A stretch of 64,000 nucleotides of DNA from Alphaproteobacteria bacterium (GCA_965214705.1 CBDCCI010000002.1:256001-320000); one strand, 5' to 3'. Counted from the stretch's first letter, positions 10,935-22,900 are shown. Numbers and translations are program-made. The notes: generated by a model not told the origin, from the sequence alone.

Positions 10935-13019
10935 ATGCCGACCGCCTATGAACGCCATCTCATAGCATCTTATCTCTCCAACGCTGCGGGGCGGCTTCAC
11001 CACCGCGACCGGGAAGCGTCCGCCCTGGCGGAATGGATCGCCGACCGCGACAACCGTTCTGCGTACGACCGAAGGAAGGACTTGTACTCTCGCCTTGTTC
11101 GTCTGGACCTCGAACTTGAGGAGCCCGTATCCGCACGACAGTTGCGCTGCTTGAAACAGGTCCTGCGCGATGAGTGCGCGGCCACGAAGGGAACGAAGCT
11201 CGACCGGACCGGGCAACGCCTCCGCCGCCTTGGGGAGGCCACGGGCCTCGAGGCCATCGACGTCGACATCCTGGAGCTGCTGCTGCGCTACCGGACGCAG
11301 CCGGTGATCGAGTCACTGGTCGACGACATCTTCCTCCACGCCAACAGGCGGGGGATACGTCTCAACGTCAGGGGCACGGCCGTTTCCACCCTTCTCGGCG
11401 TATCCGCCAGCGCCGTTCAGCGCCGTCTCACGACCGGGGCGCCGCTGGTGAGCTCGGGGCTTGTCGCCATCGACAGCGACGGCGACGTGACGGCCGTCGA
11501 CCGGCTGCGGCGGCTGGCCACGGTTCCCGACAGCGCCGGCCTCGACGTGAACCGCCTGCTGCTCGATGCCGCGCCCCCGAGCGAGCTTGAGTGGTCCGAC
11601 TTCGATCACATCGCCGAGGGGCGCGATCATATCGAGCGGCTGATCCGGGGCGCACTGCACGCCGGAGCGGCGGGCGTGAACGTGCTCCTCTACGGCCCGC
11701 CGGGAACCGGCAAGACGGAGTTTTGCAAGGTGCTGTCCGGGCGGCTCGGCGTAACCCTCCACAGCGTCGGAGAAGCCGACGACGACGGCGACGAGCCCAG
11801 CCGCCGCGAGCGGCTGCAGGAGCTTCGGCTCGCCCAGCGACTTCTCAGGCGCAACCGCGGCTCGCTGCTGCTGTTCGACGAGATGGAGGACCTGCTGTCC
11901 GACCACGCCGCCCGCGGACTCTTCCTTTTCGGGCAGCCGCTCTTCGCCGGCGCCCGCGACGGAAGCTCCAAGGTGTACATGCACAGGCTGCTCGAACGGG
12001 CGCCCGCGCCGACGCTCTGGACAATGAACGATGCCCGTTCGATCAGCCAGGCGCTCCTGCGGCGCATGATGTTCGCGCTGGAGCTGCGCCCGCCGACGGC
12101 GGCGGTGAGGGCGCGCATCTGGACCCGGCAGCTTGAGCATCACGGCATTGAGGCCGGGCCGGACGAGGCCCATGCCCTTGCGCAGGAGTTCGCCGCGACC
12201 CCCGGCGTTGCGGCCGGCGCCACCGCCGCGGCGCAGATCTCCGGCGGCGGCATCGACACGGTCCGGCGCGGGGTACTCGGCCTGTCCCGGGTGCTCTCCT
12301 GCGAGATGCCGTCCCAGGGAACGCCGCCGCTCTTCGACCCCGCGCTGATCCGGGCCGATATCGACCCGGTCGCGCTCGCCGACAGCCTCGCCGCCGCCGG
12401 GAGCCTGCGCTTCTCCCTCTGCCTTCAGGGGCCGCCCGGCACCGGCAAGAGCGCCTTCGTCCGCTATCTCGCCGAGCGCATGGGGCTGGAGGTGATGCAG
12501 AAGAGGGCCTCGGACCTGACGTCCATGTGGGTCGGGGAGACCGAGAAGGAGATCGCTGGCGCTTTTGCCGAGGCCCGCGACACCGGCGCCTTCCTGGTCT
12601 TTGACGAGGCGGATTCGCTGCTCGCCGACCGCCGCTTCGCCCGGCAGGGCTGGGAAGTCAGCCGGGTGAACGAGATGCTGACCTGGATGGAGAGCCATCC
12701 TCTGCCCTTCGCCTGCACCACCAACTTCGCCGAGCACCTGGACGCGGCAACGCTGAGGCGCTTCGTGTTCAAGGTTGCGCTCGACTACCTCTCGCCGGAG
12801 CAGGTCGAGACGGCGTTCCGGGCATACTTCGGTGTCACGCCGCCGGCGCGGGCCGCGGCGCTCACCGCGCTGACCCCCGGCGATTTCGCGGTGGTGCGGA
12901 AGAAGGCCGAATTCCTCGGCCGGCTGGAGGATCCTGACGCGCTGGCCGCGATGTTGAGCGCCGAGTGCGGCGCCAAGCCGGACCGGCCCCGACCGGTCGG
13001 CTTCAACTCTTCGCTGTAG
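10935..13019 (+). CDS. Double-AAA+ ATPase
   Basis: Two modules: GPPGTGKT/LLFDEME and GPPGTGKS/LVFDEADS/TTN/LRRF; C-terminal PVGF; GGAG RBS before ATG 10935. Confidence 0.9.
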   Translation: MPTAYERHLIASYLSNAAGRLHHRDREASALAEWIADRDNRSAYDRRKDLYSRLVRLDLELEEPVSARQLRCLKQVLRDECAATKGTKLDRTGQRLRRLGEATGLEAIDVDILELLLRYRTQPVIESLVDDIFLHANRRGIRLNVRGTAVSTLLGVSASAVQRRLTTGAPLVSSGLVAIDSDGDVTAVDRLRRLATVPDSAGLDVNRLLLDAAPPSELEWSDFDHIAEGRDHIERLIRGALHAGAAGVNVLLYGPPGTGKTEFCKVLSGRLGVTLHSVGEADDDGDEPSRRERLQELRLAQRLLRRNRGSLLLFDEMEDLLSDHAARGLFLFGQPLFAGARDGSSKVYMHRLLERAPAPTLWTMNDARSISQALLRRMMFALELRPPTAAVRARIWTRQLEHHGIEAGPDEAHALAQEFAATPGVAAGATAAAQISGGGIDTVRRGVLGLSRVLSCEMPSQGTPPLFDPALIRADIDPVALADSLAAAGSLRFSLCLQGPPGTGKSAFVRYLAERMGLEVMQKRASDLTSMWVGETEKEIAGAFAEARDTGAFLVFDEADSLLADRRFARQGWEVSRVNEMLTWMESHPLPFACTTNFAEHLDAATLRRFVFKVALDYLSPEQVETAFRAYFGVTPPARAAALTALTPGDFAVVRKKAEFLGRLEDPDALAAMLSAECGAKPDRPRPVGFNSSL

Positions 13020-13106
13020 CGGCGCAAGCCGTCCCGGGTTCCGTGTCCCGCCATCCCCCGCTAGGGTGACGGGCGCGGAACCCGCAGGCTCGGGAGAGGA
13101 GGCCCG

Positions 13107-14120
13107 GTGCGCTACGAGGGGCTGACGAACATCGTGAAGCTGGCCATTCGCATGCAGGGTCTGCGCGGCGGCATGACGCTCGACGGCATCCGGTCGGAGT
13201 TCGGCGTCAGCCGGCGCACGGCCGAGCGCATGCGCGACGCGGTCGAGCAGGCCTTCGGACCGCTGGAGATTGCCGAGAGCGACGACAACAGGCGCCATTG
13301 GCGGCTGCGCTCGGACGCGCTCCGCCGTCTCGCCCGGGTCTCGGCCGCCGAGCTGGCGGACCTCGCCGCCGCGGCCGACACCCTGGACGGCACCGGATTC
13401 GGCGAGCGCGCATCGGCGCTGCGGGAGTTGGACACCAGGCTGCGGGCCACCCTGCACGCGGACTCGCTCGCTCGCATCGAGGCCGATATCGAGGCGCTGA
13501 CGCAAGCCGAGGGCCTCGCCATGCGTCCGGGTCCCAGGCCGCAGGTGGACAAGGGTCTGCTCGCCATTCTCCGCGAGGCGATCGTCGGCTGCCGCTTGGT
13601 CGAGTTCCGCTACCTGTCTCAGTCCACGGGACGGCGCAGCCGCCAACTGATCGAGCCTTACGGGCTGCTCTACGGCAACCGCCCCTTCCTGGTGGGGCGG
13701 ACCGGCTGGACTCATGGCATGCGGCTGTGGCGTCTCGCGAACATGAGGAAGGCGCGCGTGACGGGCGAGAGCTTCGCCCGCGACCCGGACTTCGATCTGG
13801 AGGCCTATGCCCGGCGTTCCTTCGGCACCTTCCAGGAGGAACCGGTGGACGTGGTGCTGCGCTTCGCCGCCGGGGCGAAGCGGGACGCGTCCGCATTCCT
13901 CTTCCACCCCGGTCAGTCCGCCGAAGAGAACGCCGACGGCACGCTCACGGTCCGCTTCGCCGCCGGCGGCATCGACGAGATGTGCTGGCACCTCGTCACC
14001 TGGGGCGAGAGCGTCACCGTGGAAGAACCCGACCGCCTCCGCCACCGCCTCGCCGCCATGTGCTCGGCGCTGGCCGCGCATCATGGCCTCGATCAAACAG
14101 CGCCGGGAGATCGCAGATGA
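13107..14120 (+). CDS. HTH-WYL-WCX transcriptional regulator
   Basis: wHTH FGVSRRTAERMRD; VEFRY...IEPYGL...PFLVG...WRLANM; WCX FHPGQ...WGESVTVEEP. Confidence 0.9.
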   Translation: MRYEGLTNIVKLAIRMQGLRGGMTLDGIRSEFGVSRRTAERMRDAVEQAFGPLEIAESDDNRRHWRLRSDALRRLARVSAAELADLAAAADTLDGTGFGERASALRELDTRLRATLHADSLARIEADIEALTQAEGLAMRPGPRPQVDKGLLAILREAIVGCRLVEFRYLSQSTGRRSRQLIEPYGLLYGNRPFLVGRTGWTHGMRLWRLANMRKARVTGESFARDPDFDLEAYARRSFGTFQEEPVDVVLRFAAGAKRDASAFLFHPGQSAEENADGTLTVRFAAGGIDEMCWHLVTWGESVTVEEPDRLRHRLAAMCSALAAHHGLDQTAPGDRR

Positions 14121-14154
14121 AATACCGCGTGACACTGGCGGACGCACCGCCCGA
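14117..14154 (+). pseudogene. Small ORF overlapping the WYL stop codon, split by ISAs1 copy B (continues after 16296)
   Basis: ATGA overlap; MKYRVTLADAPP rejoins DSPFRDPEEF across the TSD. Confidence 0.45.
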
Positions 14155-14386
14155 CACGGCAAATTCGTTCTGATTTTCGCCGCTGGCTGACGGCACTCAA
14201 TCATGCTCCACCCGCTTTCGTTGAGGACCTTGCAGGGCTGGCCACCGGATTTGGCCGCCATCGCGCCGCCGCATAGCGCTGCCCTTGGCCGCGAGGGTCG
14301 AGCACGGCTTCATCTGAACATGACCGCTCGCCCCCGGCGTTCCGAGGGTTGGCGTCGCGGCGATGGACGCGGCCCGGAGGGGGCGG

Positions 14387-15128
14387 TCAGCTGGGCGCTG
14401 TCCGCGGAGCGACGTTGTCGGTCATTTTCAGGAAGTCGAGAAGCCGCCTCGGTTTCCTGGCCAGATTGCGCATGGTCTCGGCGACAGCGAGCCCGCGCCC
14501 CTTGATAACGCCGATGGCGAAGCGCCGCAGCAGGGTCATGTTCTCCGGACCGTAGCCTGAACGGATACGGCATCGGTCCTCGTCGAAGCTCCAGTCGAGG
14601 ATGTGATGGGCCGCCTCGATGGTCCAGTGCCCGCGATTGAGGGTGAGCAGGCGTTCCGGCGATGCGGCCTGCGCACTCAGGCTGGTGACGCCGTAAGCCG
14701 TCTCGCAGCTTCTCTTCCCGGATTTGACGTGCCGGGTTTCGCGCCGCACGGCGAAGACCTGTCCGACGCCGGGGAAGTTGAGGTAGTCGTTGAGCTCGCT
14801 GGAGACCCAGATGGAGCGCCGCTCGCGGCGGCCGTGCTCGGGCTTGGGGCTCTCGTCCGCGAAGTCCGGCGCGCGGCCTGCGATGGCCTCATCGAGAGTG
14901 AGCCGGATGTCGTCGAGCAAGGTGGGCTGGTTGCCCTTGACGGTGAACAGATAGTCGGCGCCGCGGTCGCGCAGATAGGAGGCCAGCGCGCGCTGGGTGA
15001 GCAGAGCATCGGCGGTGACGGTGCGGCCCGCGATGTCGGGCACCGTCTCGAGCAGGGGGATGATGGTGCCGATCTCGTTGGTGCGCTTCTCCCCGTCGTC
15101 GGCGTCGGGCCTCATGCCGACTTTTTTT
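14387..15128 (-). CDS. ISAs1 transposase C-terminal part (frameshifted)
   Basis: KRTNEI, TADALLTQ, VKGNQP, HGRRERR, RGHWTIE, FDEDRCRIR. Confidence 0.85.
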
Positions 15129-16200
15129 GACCCCAGGGCGCCTTGGTGTCGTGGCCTATGATGCCGAGCACATGAGCCTGCGTGCCATCGTCATCGATGG
15201 CGCCGCGGATGGTCTTGCCGTCGATGGCCAGCGCGCTGTCGCCCGAGCCGTGGGCCTCGTGCCAGGCCCTGAGCGCGGCGTCGAGCTGGACCGGATCGAC
15301 GCGGATCAGCAGGCTGCGCATCGCCGACAGGCTGGGCGGGCGGTACCGGCCGTCGCGGCGGCGCACGCGGAAGCGCTGCAGCACCCTGGGACTGAGGTCG
15401 TCGACCCATTCGCTGATCGCCTTGTAGCCGCGCATGCCACAGAACGTCGCGGCGGCGGCGAGCGCCAGTACCGTCGGCAGCGCATGGCGCCGGCCCTGGC
15501 GGCGGCGGGGATCGTCGATGCCCTGGAAGAACTCGGGGAGGGATCGCATCTGTGCGGCGGTGAGCGTCATCTTCGGCACTCCATGTCGCAGGCGGGGGTC
15601 GAGATCGTCGGCCCGCAGCCGGGCCCGCGCGGTGCGGGACAGGGGAAGAAGGAACACGCGCTTGGGCCGTGCGTGCTCGCTGTAGCCGGCCCCACCGCGA
15701 GCGAAGCCGCGGGTGCGCCCGACCTCGATCCAGTTGGCCGCGCGGTAGACCGTGCCCCGGAAGAGCGCCGGGTCCACGAACGTCTCCGCCAGCAGCACGT
15801 CGTGACCGAAGCGGATCGGCCAATCCCTCACCAGACGGCGCGTGCACAAAGACAGCACCCGCGAGCCGAGATTGCGTGGACCGCCGGGGAGGATCAGGAA
15901 GCGCGAGTTGTTGGTGACCAGGTGAAGACGACCGAACTGAAGGCCGCGGTCCCAGCCAATCCAGCGATCGCGCGCACCGCACTTCAGCGCCGCTGCCGAG
16001 AAGACCGCCAACGCCAGCCATCGCCCTCGATGGTGCGCGACATAGCGCACGGTCTCGCCCATCCCCGGCACCGCGCCGAGGTAGTGGTGTGTCTGCATCA
16101 CGTCGCGGAAGCGGGCCTCGTCCTCCGCCGCCACGATGTCGACCACCACCTCCGATAGAGCTGCCACAGCTTGCCAGTCCCCACGGCTGCCTCGCGGCAC
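15112..16200 (-). CDS. DUF4338 + ISAs1 transposase N-terminus
   Basis: Same motifs as copy A; ends just after the A7 run. Confidence 0.85.
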   Translation of the reverse strand: MPRGSRGDWQAVAALSEVVVDIVAAEDEARFRDVMQTHHYLGAVPGMGETVRYVAHHRGRWLALAVFSAAALKCGARDRWIGWDRGLQFGRLHLVTNNSRFLILPGGPRNLGSRVLSLCTRRLVRDWPIRFGHDVLLAETFVDPALFRGTVYRAANWIEVGRTRGFARGGAGYSEHARPKRVFLLPLSRTARARLRADDLDPRLRHGVPKMTLTAAQMRSLPEFFQGIDDPRRRQGRRHALPTVLALAAAATFCGMRGYKAISEWVDDLSPRVLQRFRVRRRDGRYRPPSLSAMRSLLIRVDPVQLDAALRAWHEAHGSGDSALAIDGKTIRGAIDDDGTQAHVLGIIGHDTKAPWGQKKSA

Positions 16201-16618
16201 TCATATCAGGACACGGGGAGCAAGTCCACTATTTCAGGCAACTCGCTGGCCGGCCTAGCCAAAGGCTGAAGTACAAATCCGCCCTGCACCGCCCGATTCT
16301 CCCTTCCGGGACCCCGAGGAGTTCGAGACATGGGAAGAAACCCCGGACCGCATTTTTTTCTCGCCACGAGGGCCGAGCGCAGATGGTCGGCGATAGCACT
16401 CGAGTCCCGGCGCATGATCCCTGTTAGCGGCCCGATGTGGCGCGACGCAGGATGGCCGCTCCCGGGGATATGCCAGCCGCGAAGCGATCGACAGCGAAAC
16501 CGCCAGGTTGGCCGCCACGGAGAAAACCGGGAAGCAGACCCGCTCACCCATATGGCGCCTCCTGCGGCGCGGACGCGCGAAGGCCGCAAAGGACTGGAAC
16601 TGGAAGAAGGAAACTATC

Positions 16619-17155
16619 ATGGCCTGGCAGGGATCGTTGGACGGCCTTTGCGGCCCCTACGCGATCGTCAACGCCTATCATCAGTGCGATATCGAGGAGG
16701 ACTGGCTGGGCCAGGACATCTTCGAAATCGCGTGTTCGGCCATCGGCGACTGGCCGGACGAGCTGTGGGAAGGAACAACGTTCCGGCAGATGAGAACGAT
16801 GCTCAAAGCCTGCCAGGAGGCGCTCAGGAATGCCTACGAGGAAGCGGACTGCGAGTATCCGATCGAGATCGAGTATCCCTTCCGCAGGAAGGCGCCGCGC
16901 TCCAGGAAGAAATTCCGGAAGCGGCTTCACAGGATATTTTCCCGCGATGAAGTCATCTGCGGAATCGTCGGCATGGAGAATCCCGCCGCCCACTGGTTCT
17001 GCTTCGTCAAGCTGAAGAAGGCTCTGATCGTCTTCGACACGGCGCCCCCGAGCTTCGGCGGAAAGAGCCGCGTCAGGCTGGAAGATCTCCATGTCGGCGC
17101 AGACGGGAAGAAGAAACTTGTCGTTCAACCCCAGAGAGCTGATCGTATTCTGTGA
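16619..17155 (+). CDS. Hypothetical protein, putative papain-like cysteine peptidase
   Basis: QGSLDGLCGPYAIVNA ... HWFCF ... IVFDT gives Gln/Cys/His/Asp in catalytic order. Confidence 0.5.
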   Translation: MAWQGSLDGLCGPYAIVNAYHQCDIEEDWLGQDIFEIACSAIGDWPDELWEGTTFRQMRTMLKACQEALRNAYEEADCEYPIEIEYPFRRKAPRSRKKFRKRLHRIFSRDEVICGIVGMENPAAHWFCFVKLKKALIVFDTAPPSFGGKSRVRLEDLHVGADGKKKLVVQPQRADRIL

Positions 17156-17264
17156 GGCATGACCCTGTCGGCGCAGACTTGTGCGTCGAGTGATTGCCTG
17201 TCGGTTGGGGCCGCCGCCGCGTGAACCAGCTGCACCCGGGACATGTTGCGTGAGGATTGAAGAG

Positions 17265-19919
17265 ATGCCGCGCCGGACAGTCATCGCCCACAGCCGGCTC
17301 AGAATGCGGGAGCTGCGGCTGGACGCGGCCCGGAAGCGGCGGCACGGGCTTCAGATCATGGCCTTCGAGCAGCTCGCGGCGCGGCTCGCGGGCGGTCTTG
17401 CGCAGCCCGTCGATGACGATGCGCTGCAGGAAGCGATCACGGCCGTCCTGCCGGAAACGGGTCTGGGCGAGCTCGACGGTATCAAGGCGCTGCCCGGCAT
17501 GACGGGTGCCGCAGCCGACACCCTGCGCAAGGCGTGGCGGGCCGGCCTCGACCTTCAGGCCCGGGCCGGCGAGCATCCGCGCCTCCGGTCCATCGCCAGC
17601 CTCGAGGCGGCGGTCGTGGAGATGTTGCCGACAGCGATGATGCGGCCCGCCGACCTAGTCGCAGCCGGGCGCGCGCGGCTGGAGTACGCGGCGGCGCTGT
17701 TCGGGCCTATCGAGATCGTCGGCATCACCGAGCTATCGCCCGTCTGGCGGCCCCTGCTGCACGCCATCGCCCACCGCGTGCCCGTGCGCTGGAACGCCGG
17801 CCCCCGGCCGGTGCCCGATTGGCTCGACGGGGAGGCTATCGAGATTGTGCGGGACGAGCCGGAGTCGCCGCACATTTCTGCCGTGAGCGCGGCCACTGCC
17901 TACCACGAAGCGGTCGAGGCCATGCGCTGGGCGCGCCAGCTTCTGGCGTCCCGCAGGGCTGAGCCCGCCGACATCGCCATCGCCTCAGCCGCGCCCGCCG
18001 ACTACGACGACCATCTGTTTGCCCTGCGCGCCGACGCCAATCTCGACCTGCACTTCGTGCACGGCGTCACGGTCACGGCCAGCCGTGAAGGGCAGGCGGC
18101 CGCGGCGCTCGCGGACATCCTGCTGCGCGGCCTCTCCCAGACGCGGATGCGCCGGCTCAACACGCTGCTGAGGGCTTGGCGCGGCCCCTTCGCGGACCTG
18201 CCCGATGGCTGGACGCGCATCCTTCCGACCGGCGCGCCGCTCTCGTCGGCCGAGGCCTGGACGCGCCTGATCGACGGGCTGAGCGCCCCGGACTGGGCGA
18301 ATGGAAACGACCACGGCCCGGCGCTCGCCGCCATCGTGGACCTGCTGTCCCGGGGCATCGAGGCCGCCGGTGACGCGGGCGAGACGCTGCTGCGCGGCCA
18401 TGCGCGCGAGATCTGGCGGCGCGCGCTCGCCGCGGGCGCTGCCGCATCCCTCGACCTCACCCTGGAGACAGTCAAGCAGGACGACGGCATCGATCCCTGC
18501 GTCTCGGCCTGCTGGATGCCGGCGAGCGCGCTTGCGGCATCGCCCCGGCGCTTCGTCCGGCTGCTCGGCCTCAACTCCGCGCGCTGGCCGCGCGCCATGG
18601 CGGAGGACCGCCTTCTCTCCGATCACATCGTGGCCACTGCCGAACTCGATCCGCTGCCAGTCGCCGCCGCCGACAGGCGCGACTTCGCGACCATTCTGGC
18701 GACGACGGAGAGGGAGATCGTGCTGTCTCGCGCCCGCCGCGACGAGGAGGGCAGGCTGCTCGGCCGCAGCACCGTTCTTCTCCAGGTCGGCGCTGGCGAC
18801 ACCTACGTGCCGCGCAACCGCGTGCCCGCGCACGCCTTCAGCGAGACCGACCGGCTCATGGCCCGGCCGGAAGAGTTCCGCGCCCTGCCGCAGGCCGTCG
18901 CCGCCTCGGACTGCTGGTTCGACTGGCTGCGCGCGGAGGTCACGCCGCATGACGGCGCCGTCCGGCCCGATCATCCGGTGATCGAAGCCATCCTCGAGCG
19001 CACCCAGTCCGCGAGCTCGCTGCGTCAACTTCTGCGCAATCCCCTGGGGTTCGTCTGGCGCTACGGGCTGCGCTGGCGCGCGCCCGAGAGCGGAGAGGAA
19101 CCCCTGGTGCTCGATGCGGTCGCCAAGGGCGATCTCGTTCATCGCACTCTCGAGCGGGCGCTTCAGGTGCTGGAGGCGGACGGCGGCCTTGCCTGCGCTT
19201 CGGAGAAGCGGATCGCCGACGCCGTGGACGCCGTCGCCGCCGAGATCGCGGCATCCTGGGAAGCCGAACAGGCCGTTCCCCCGCCCGTCATCTGGCGCCA
19301 CACGATCGAAGAAGTGCGCGCGCTCGGCAGCCGGGCGCTCGCCTTTCAAGACGAGAACCTTGCGGATGCGGCCGCCCATGGCGAGGTGCCCTTCGGCGGG
19401 GCGGAGCGCAAATCGGACGCCGCGGTCCCCTGGGACGCCGAGGCGCCGGTGGAGATTCCCGGCACGGGGTTTCGTATCGCCGGATACATCGACCGCCTGG
19501 ATATCTCCGCCGATGGCCGCCACGCACTGGTGCGCGACTACAAGACCGGCCATGTGCCCAACGACGACATCGTGCTTGATCGCGGCAGGGAGCTGCAGCG
19601 CTGCCTCTACGCCTTCGCCGTGAGGGCGCTGCTGGGCAACGAGGTGTCCATCGCGGCATCGCTCCTCTATCCGCACGAGGATCGGGACCTGCGGCTGGAC
19701 GACCCCGACGACGCGCTCCGCACGCTCACCGGACATCTGCAGGCCGCCCGCGCCAATCTCGCTTCCGGCGGCGCGGTGATGGGCGCGGACACTGGAGATA
19801 CGTACGACGATCTCGCCTTCGCACTCCCGGCCAACGCCGGCGCCATCTACCGCCCGAGGAAGGAGGCTTCGGCCACCGCGCTCCTGGGAGATGCCGCGCG
19901 GGTGTGGGAGGCCGCGTGA
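17265..19919 (+). CDS. AddB-like protein with C-terminal PD-(D/E)XK nuclease
   Basis: SASSLRQLLRNP, GDLVH--LE, EVPF, GYIDRLD, VRDYKTG, ELQRCLY. Confidence 0.85.
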   Translation: MPRRTVIAHSRLRMRELRLDAARKRRHGLQIMAFEQLAARLAGGLAQPVDDDALQEAITAVLPETGLGELDGIKALPGMTGAAADTLRKAWRAGLDLQARAGEHPRLRSIASLEAAVVEMLPTAMMRPADLVAAGRARLEYAAALFGPIEIVGITELSPVWRPLLHAIAHRVPVRWNAGPRPVPDWLDGEAIEIVRDEPESPHISAVSAATAYHEAVEAMRWARQLLASRRAEPADIAIASAAPADYDDHLFALRADANLDLHFVHGVTVTASREGQAAAALADILLRGLSQTRMRRLNTLLRAWRGPFADLPDGWTRILPTGAPLSSAEAWTRLIDGLSAPDWANGNDHGPALAAIVDLLSRGIEAAGDAGETLLRGHAREIWRRALAAGAAASLDLTLETVKQDDGIDPCVSACWMPASALAASPRRFVRLLGLNSARWPRAMAEDRLLSDHIVATAELDPLPVAAADRRDFATILATTEREIVLSRARRDEEGRLLGRSTVLLQVGAGDTYVPRNRVPAHAFSETDRLMARPEEFRALPQAVAASDCWFDWLRAEVTPHDGAVRPDHPVIEAILERTQSASSLRQLLRNPLGFVWRYGLRWRAPESGEEPLVLDAVAKGDLVHRTLERALQVLEADGGLACASEKRIADAVDAVAAEIAASWEAEQAVPPPVIWRHTIEEVRALGSRALAFQDENLADAAAHGEVPFGGAERKSDAAVPWDAEAPVEIPGTGFRIAGYIDRLDISADGRHALVRDYKTGHVPNDDIVLDRGRELQRCLYAFAVRALLGNEVSIAASLLYPHEDRDLRLDDPDDALRTLTGHLQAARANLASGGAVMGADTGDTYDDLAFALPANAGAIYRPRKEASATALLGDAARVWEAA

Positions 19920-22900
19920 TGGCCGGCGGGCGACTGGATCTCTCCGACGACGCCGCCCGGCACGCCGCCATTGCGGTCCACGACCGCTCCTTCCTTGTCG
20001 AGGCCGGCGCAGGCTCGGGCAAGACCGCGGTCATGGCGGGCCGTATCACCATGCTGCTGGCAGGCGGCGCCGAGCCGAGGTCGATCGCCGCCGTAACGTT
20101 CACCGAGTTCGCCGCGAGCGAGTTGCTGATCCGGGTACGCGCCTTCGTGAGCAGACTTGCTGTCGGCGACATCCCGGTCGAGCTTCGGGTGGCCCTGCCG
20201 GACGGCCTGTCGGAAGAGCAGCGCGGCAACCTCGCCGAGGCGGACGCGGCGCTCGACGAGATGACCTGCTCGACCATTCACGGTTTCTGCCAGCGCCTCA
20301 TCGCGCCCTATCCGGTCGAGGCCGACATCGACCCCGGCGCCGCCGTCATGGACCGCGACCAGGCGGAACTCTCCTTCGCCGAGATCGTCGACGCCTGGCT
20401 GCGGGAGGAATTGGACGGCGGGGCGAGCGGCCTGCTCCCCGAGTTGGTCCTGCGCAATCCAGGCGCAACCGTCGGGCTGATCCGCACCGTCCTCGACCAT
20501 CTCCGCCGCCATCGGGAATTCTCCCCCTACGAACTACAGGACATGGATCAGCTCGCGACGGGGTTTCGGGCAGCGGTAGGCGACTTCGGTACGTTCCTCG
20601 ACGAGGCGGAGGCCGAGGAGCCGGAGACCGCCACCATCGCCGGCCACTTTCAGTCGCTGGCCGGGGAGGTCGCCGCCGCGCTCCCGGTCGAAACGCCGGC
20701 CGCGCTCGTCGCGCTGTTGCTCATGGCGCCCCACGACGATCTCTGCACCGGATCGGGCTCCCTTCGTGCGTATCGCAAGAAGGGAAAGTGGGGAGCGGCT
20801 GCGAGGCGCGCTGGCCTGGCCAAGGCCGATGCCGATCGGCTGAACGACGCCGCCAGTGCTCGCTACGCCCGTTGCTGCGCGACGTGGACGGCCTTCCAGC
20901 AGGCCATCGCCACGCATGTGCTCGCCGATCTCGTGCCCCTGGTCCAACCCATCGTGGGCCTCTTCCGCGAGCACAAGCGCGCCGCCGCGCTGCTCGACTT
21001 CGACGACCTGATATTCTCGGCGCGCGATCTTCTGCACGGCCACGACGACGTGCGCCGAGCGCTGGCCGCGCGCTATCGCCACGTCCTCGTCGACGAGTTC
21101 CAGGACACCGACCCGCTCCAAACCGAGATACTCTGGCGGCTCTGCGGCGAGCCGCCTCCCGGTGGCGACTCCGACGACTGGGCGGCATTTGTACTGCGTC
21201 CGGGCGCGCTCTTCCTCGTCGGCGATCCAAAGCAGGCCATCTACCGCTTCCGCGGCGCCGACATCGCGGCCTATGTCGGGGCGCGGGAGGCGTTTCGGGT
21301 GCAGACGGCGGACGCCGTGCTCTCCATCGCCACCAACTTCCGCTCCTGCGCGCCGATTACCGAATACGTGAACGAGCGCTTCGAGACCGCGCTCTCCGGG
21401 GAGAACGGCCAGCCCGGCTTCCAGGCCCTCGATCCCTTCAGGCCCGCGCGGGAGGAAGGACCGTCGGTCGCCGCGCTGGACGTCGAGGTGGCTGACGAGA
21501 ACGGCAAGGCATCGGCTGCCGGACAGCGGGACGGCGAGGCCGAGGCCGTCGCCGACATGTGCGCGCGCCTGATCGGCAGCGAGACCATTCTTGACCCCGA
21601 GAGCGATGTGCAACGCTCGTGCCGTGCCGGCGACATCGCCTTGCTGGCGCCGACCGGAACCGACCTCTGGCGTTACGAGGAGGCGTTGGAGCAGCGCGGC
21701 ATCCCGGTCGCCACCCAGGCCGGCAAGGGTCTCTACCGGCGCCAGGAGATCCAGGACCTTATCGCCGTGACCCGCGTGTTCGCCGACCGCCGCGACACGC
21801 TCGCGCTCGGCGCGCTGCTGCGCGGGCCGCTGGTGGGGCTCACCGAGGAAGAGCTGCTCGACATCGTCTGGGCCTTGCCGCGTGCCGACGATGCCCCCGG
21901 CGATCTGCCGCGCCTCGACCTGCGTGTCGCCCCGAAAGCCATCGAGAACCCTCTCGCGCGGGACATCATAGAGAAGCTTCAGGCCCTGCAACGCCGGGTG
22001 AACGCGACCACGCCGCATGCGCTTCTCTCGCAGGCCGTCGACGTGCTGCGCGTCCGGCCCATCCTGCTGCGGCGTCATCGGGGCCAGGCCGAGCGCGCAT
22101 TGGCCAATGTCGATCTCTATCTCAGTTTCAGCCGGGCCTATGCGGTGCGGGGCTTGCGCGCCTTCGCGGAGGCAATGACGGCCGCGTGGAGCGACGAGGC
22201 CCGCGCTGTGGAAGGCCGCCCCGACGCCCAGGAGGACGCGGTGGCGCTCTACACCATGCACGCCGCCAAGGGACTGGAGTGGCCCATCGTCGTGCCCATC
22301 AACACGATGACGCGGGTGAGGACGCCCGGGAGCGCCGTCACCGACCGCGCCAGCGGGCGATTCTATTGCCCCGTGCTCGGCGTGGCCCCGACGGGCCACG
22401 AGGCGGCCCGCAAAGACGAGGGGGAAGAACTCGGTTGCGAACGGGTGCGCCTTTGGTACGTCGCAGCCACGCGGGCGAGAGAACTCCTCGTTCTGCCCAG
22501 GCTCGATGTCGCTGCCGCCGATTCGGCCTGGCTCTCTGTCGTCGAATTGGGATTAGAGGCGCTACCCGCTCTCGACCTGGAGCGTCTCCCGCCCGAGATG
22601 GATGCTGGCGAGCCTGAGGCGGAAAACGCGCAGACGCGCGAGTCCTTCGCCGCCGAGGCTGCCGCGATCGCCGCGCGCACGCACCGCATCGTCTGGCGCG
22701 CGCCGAGCCGGGACGAGGACACCGCCCGGCCGGTGCTGTTGGAGGAACAGCCCGCCATCCTCGCGACCGACGGCGATGGCGCGCCGGCGGATGGCAATGC
22801 CGCGGCCGCGATCCAGGGCGGGCGCGAGCGCGGCACCATCCTACACAAGCTGATCGAGGAGGTGCTTACCGGCGAAACCGCTGAAGAGGAGACGGCCGTT

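Larger units (their letters stand above)
14155..16286 (-). mobile_element. ISAs1-family element with DUF4338 fusion (copy B, diverged)
   Basis: 10-bp TSD CACCGCCCGA at 14145-14154 and 16287-16296; imperfect IRs CACGGCAAATTCGTTC / (rc) CAGGGCGGATTTGTAC. Confidence 0.88.
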
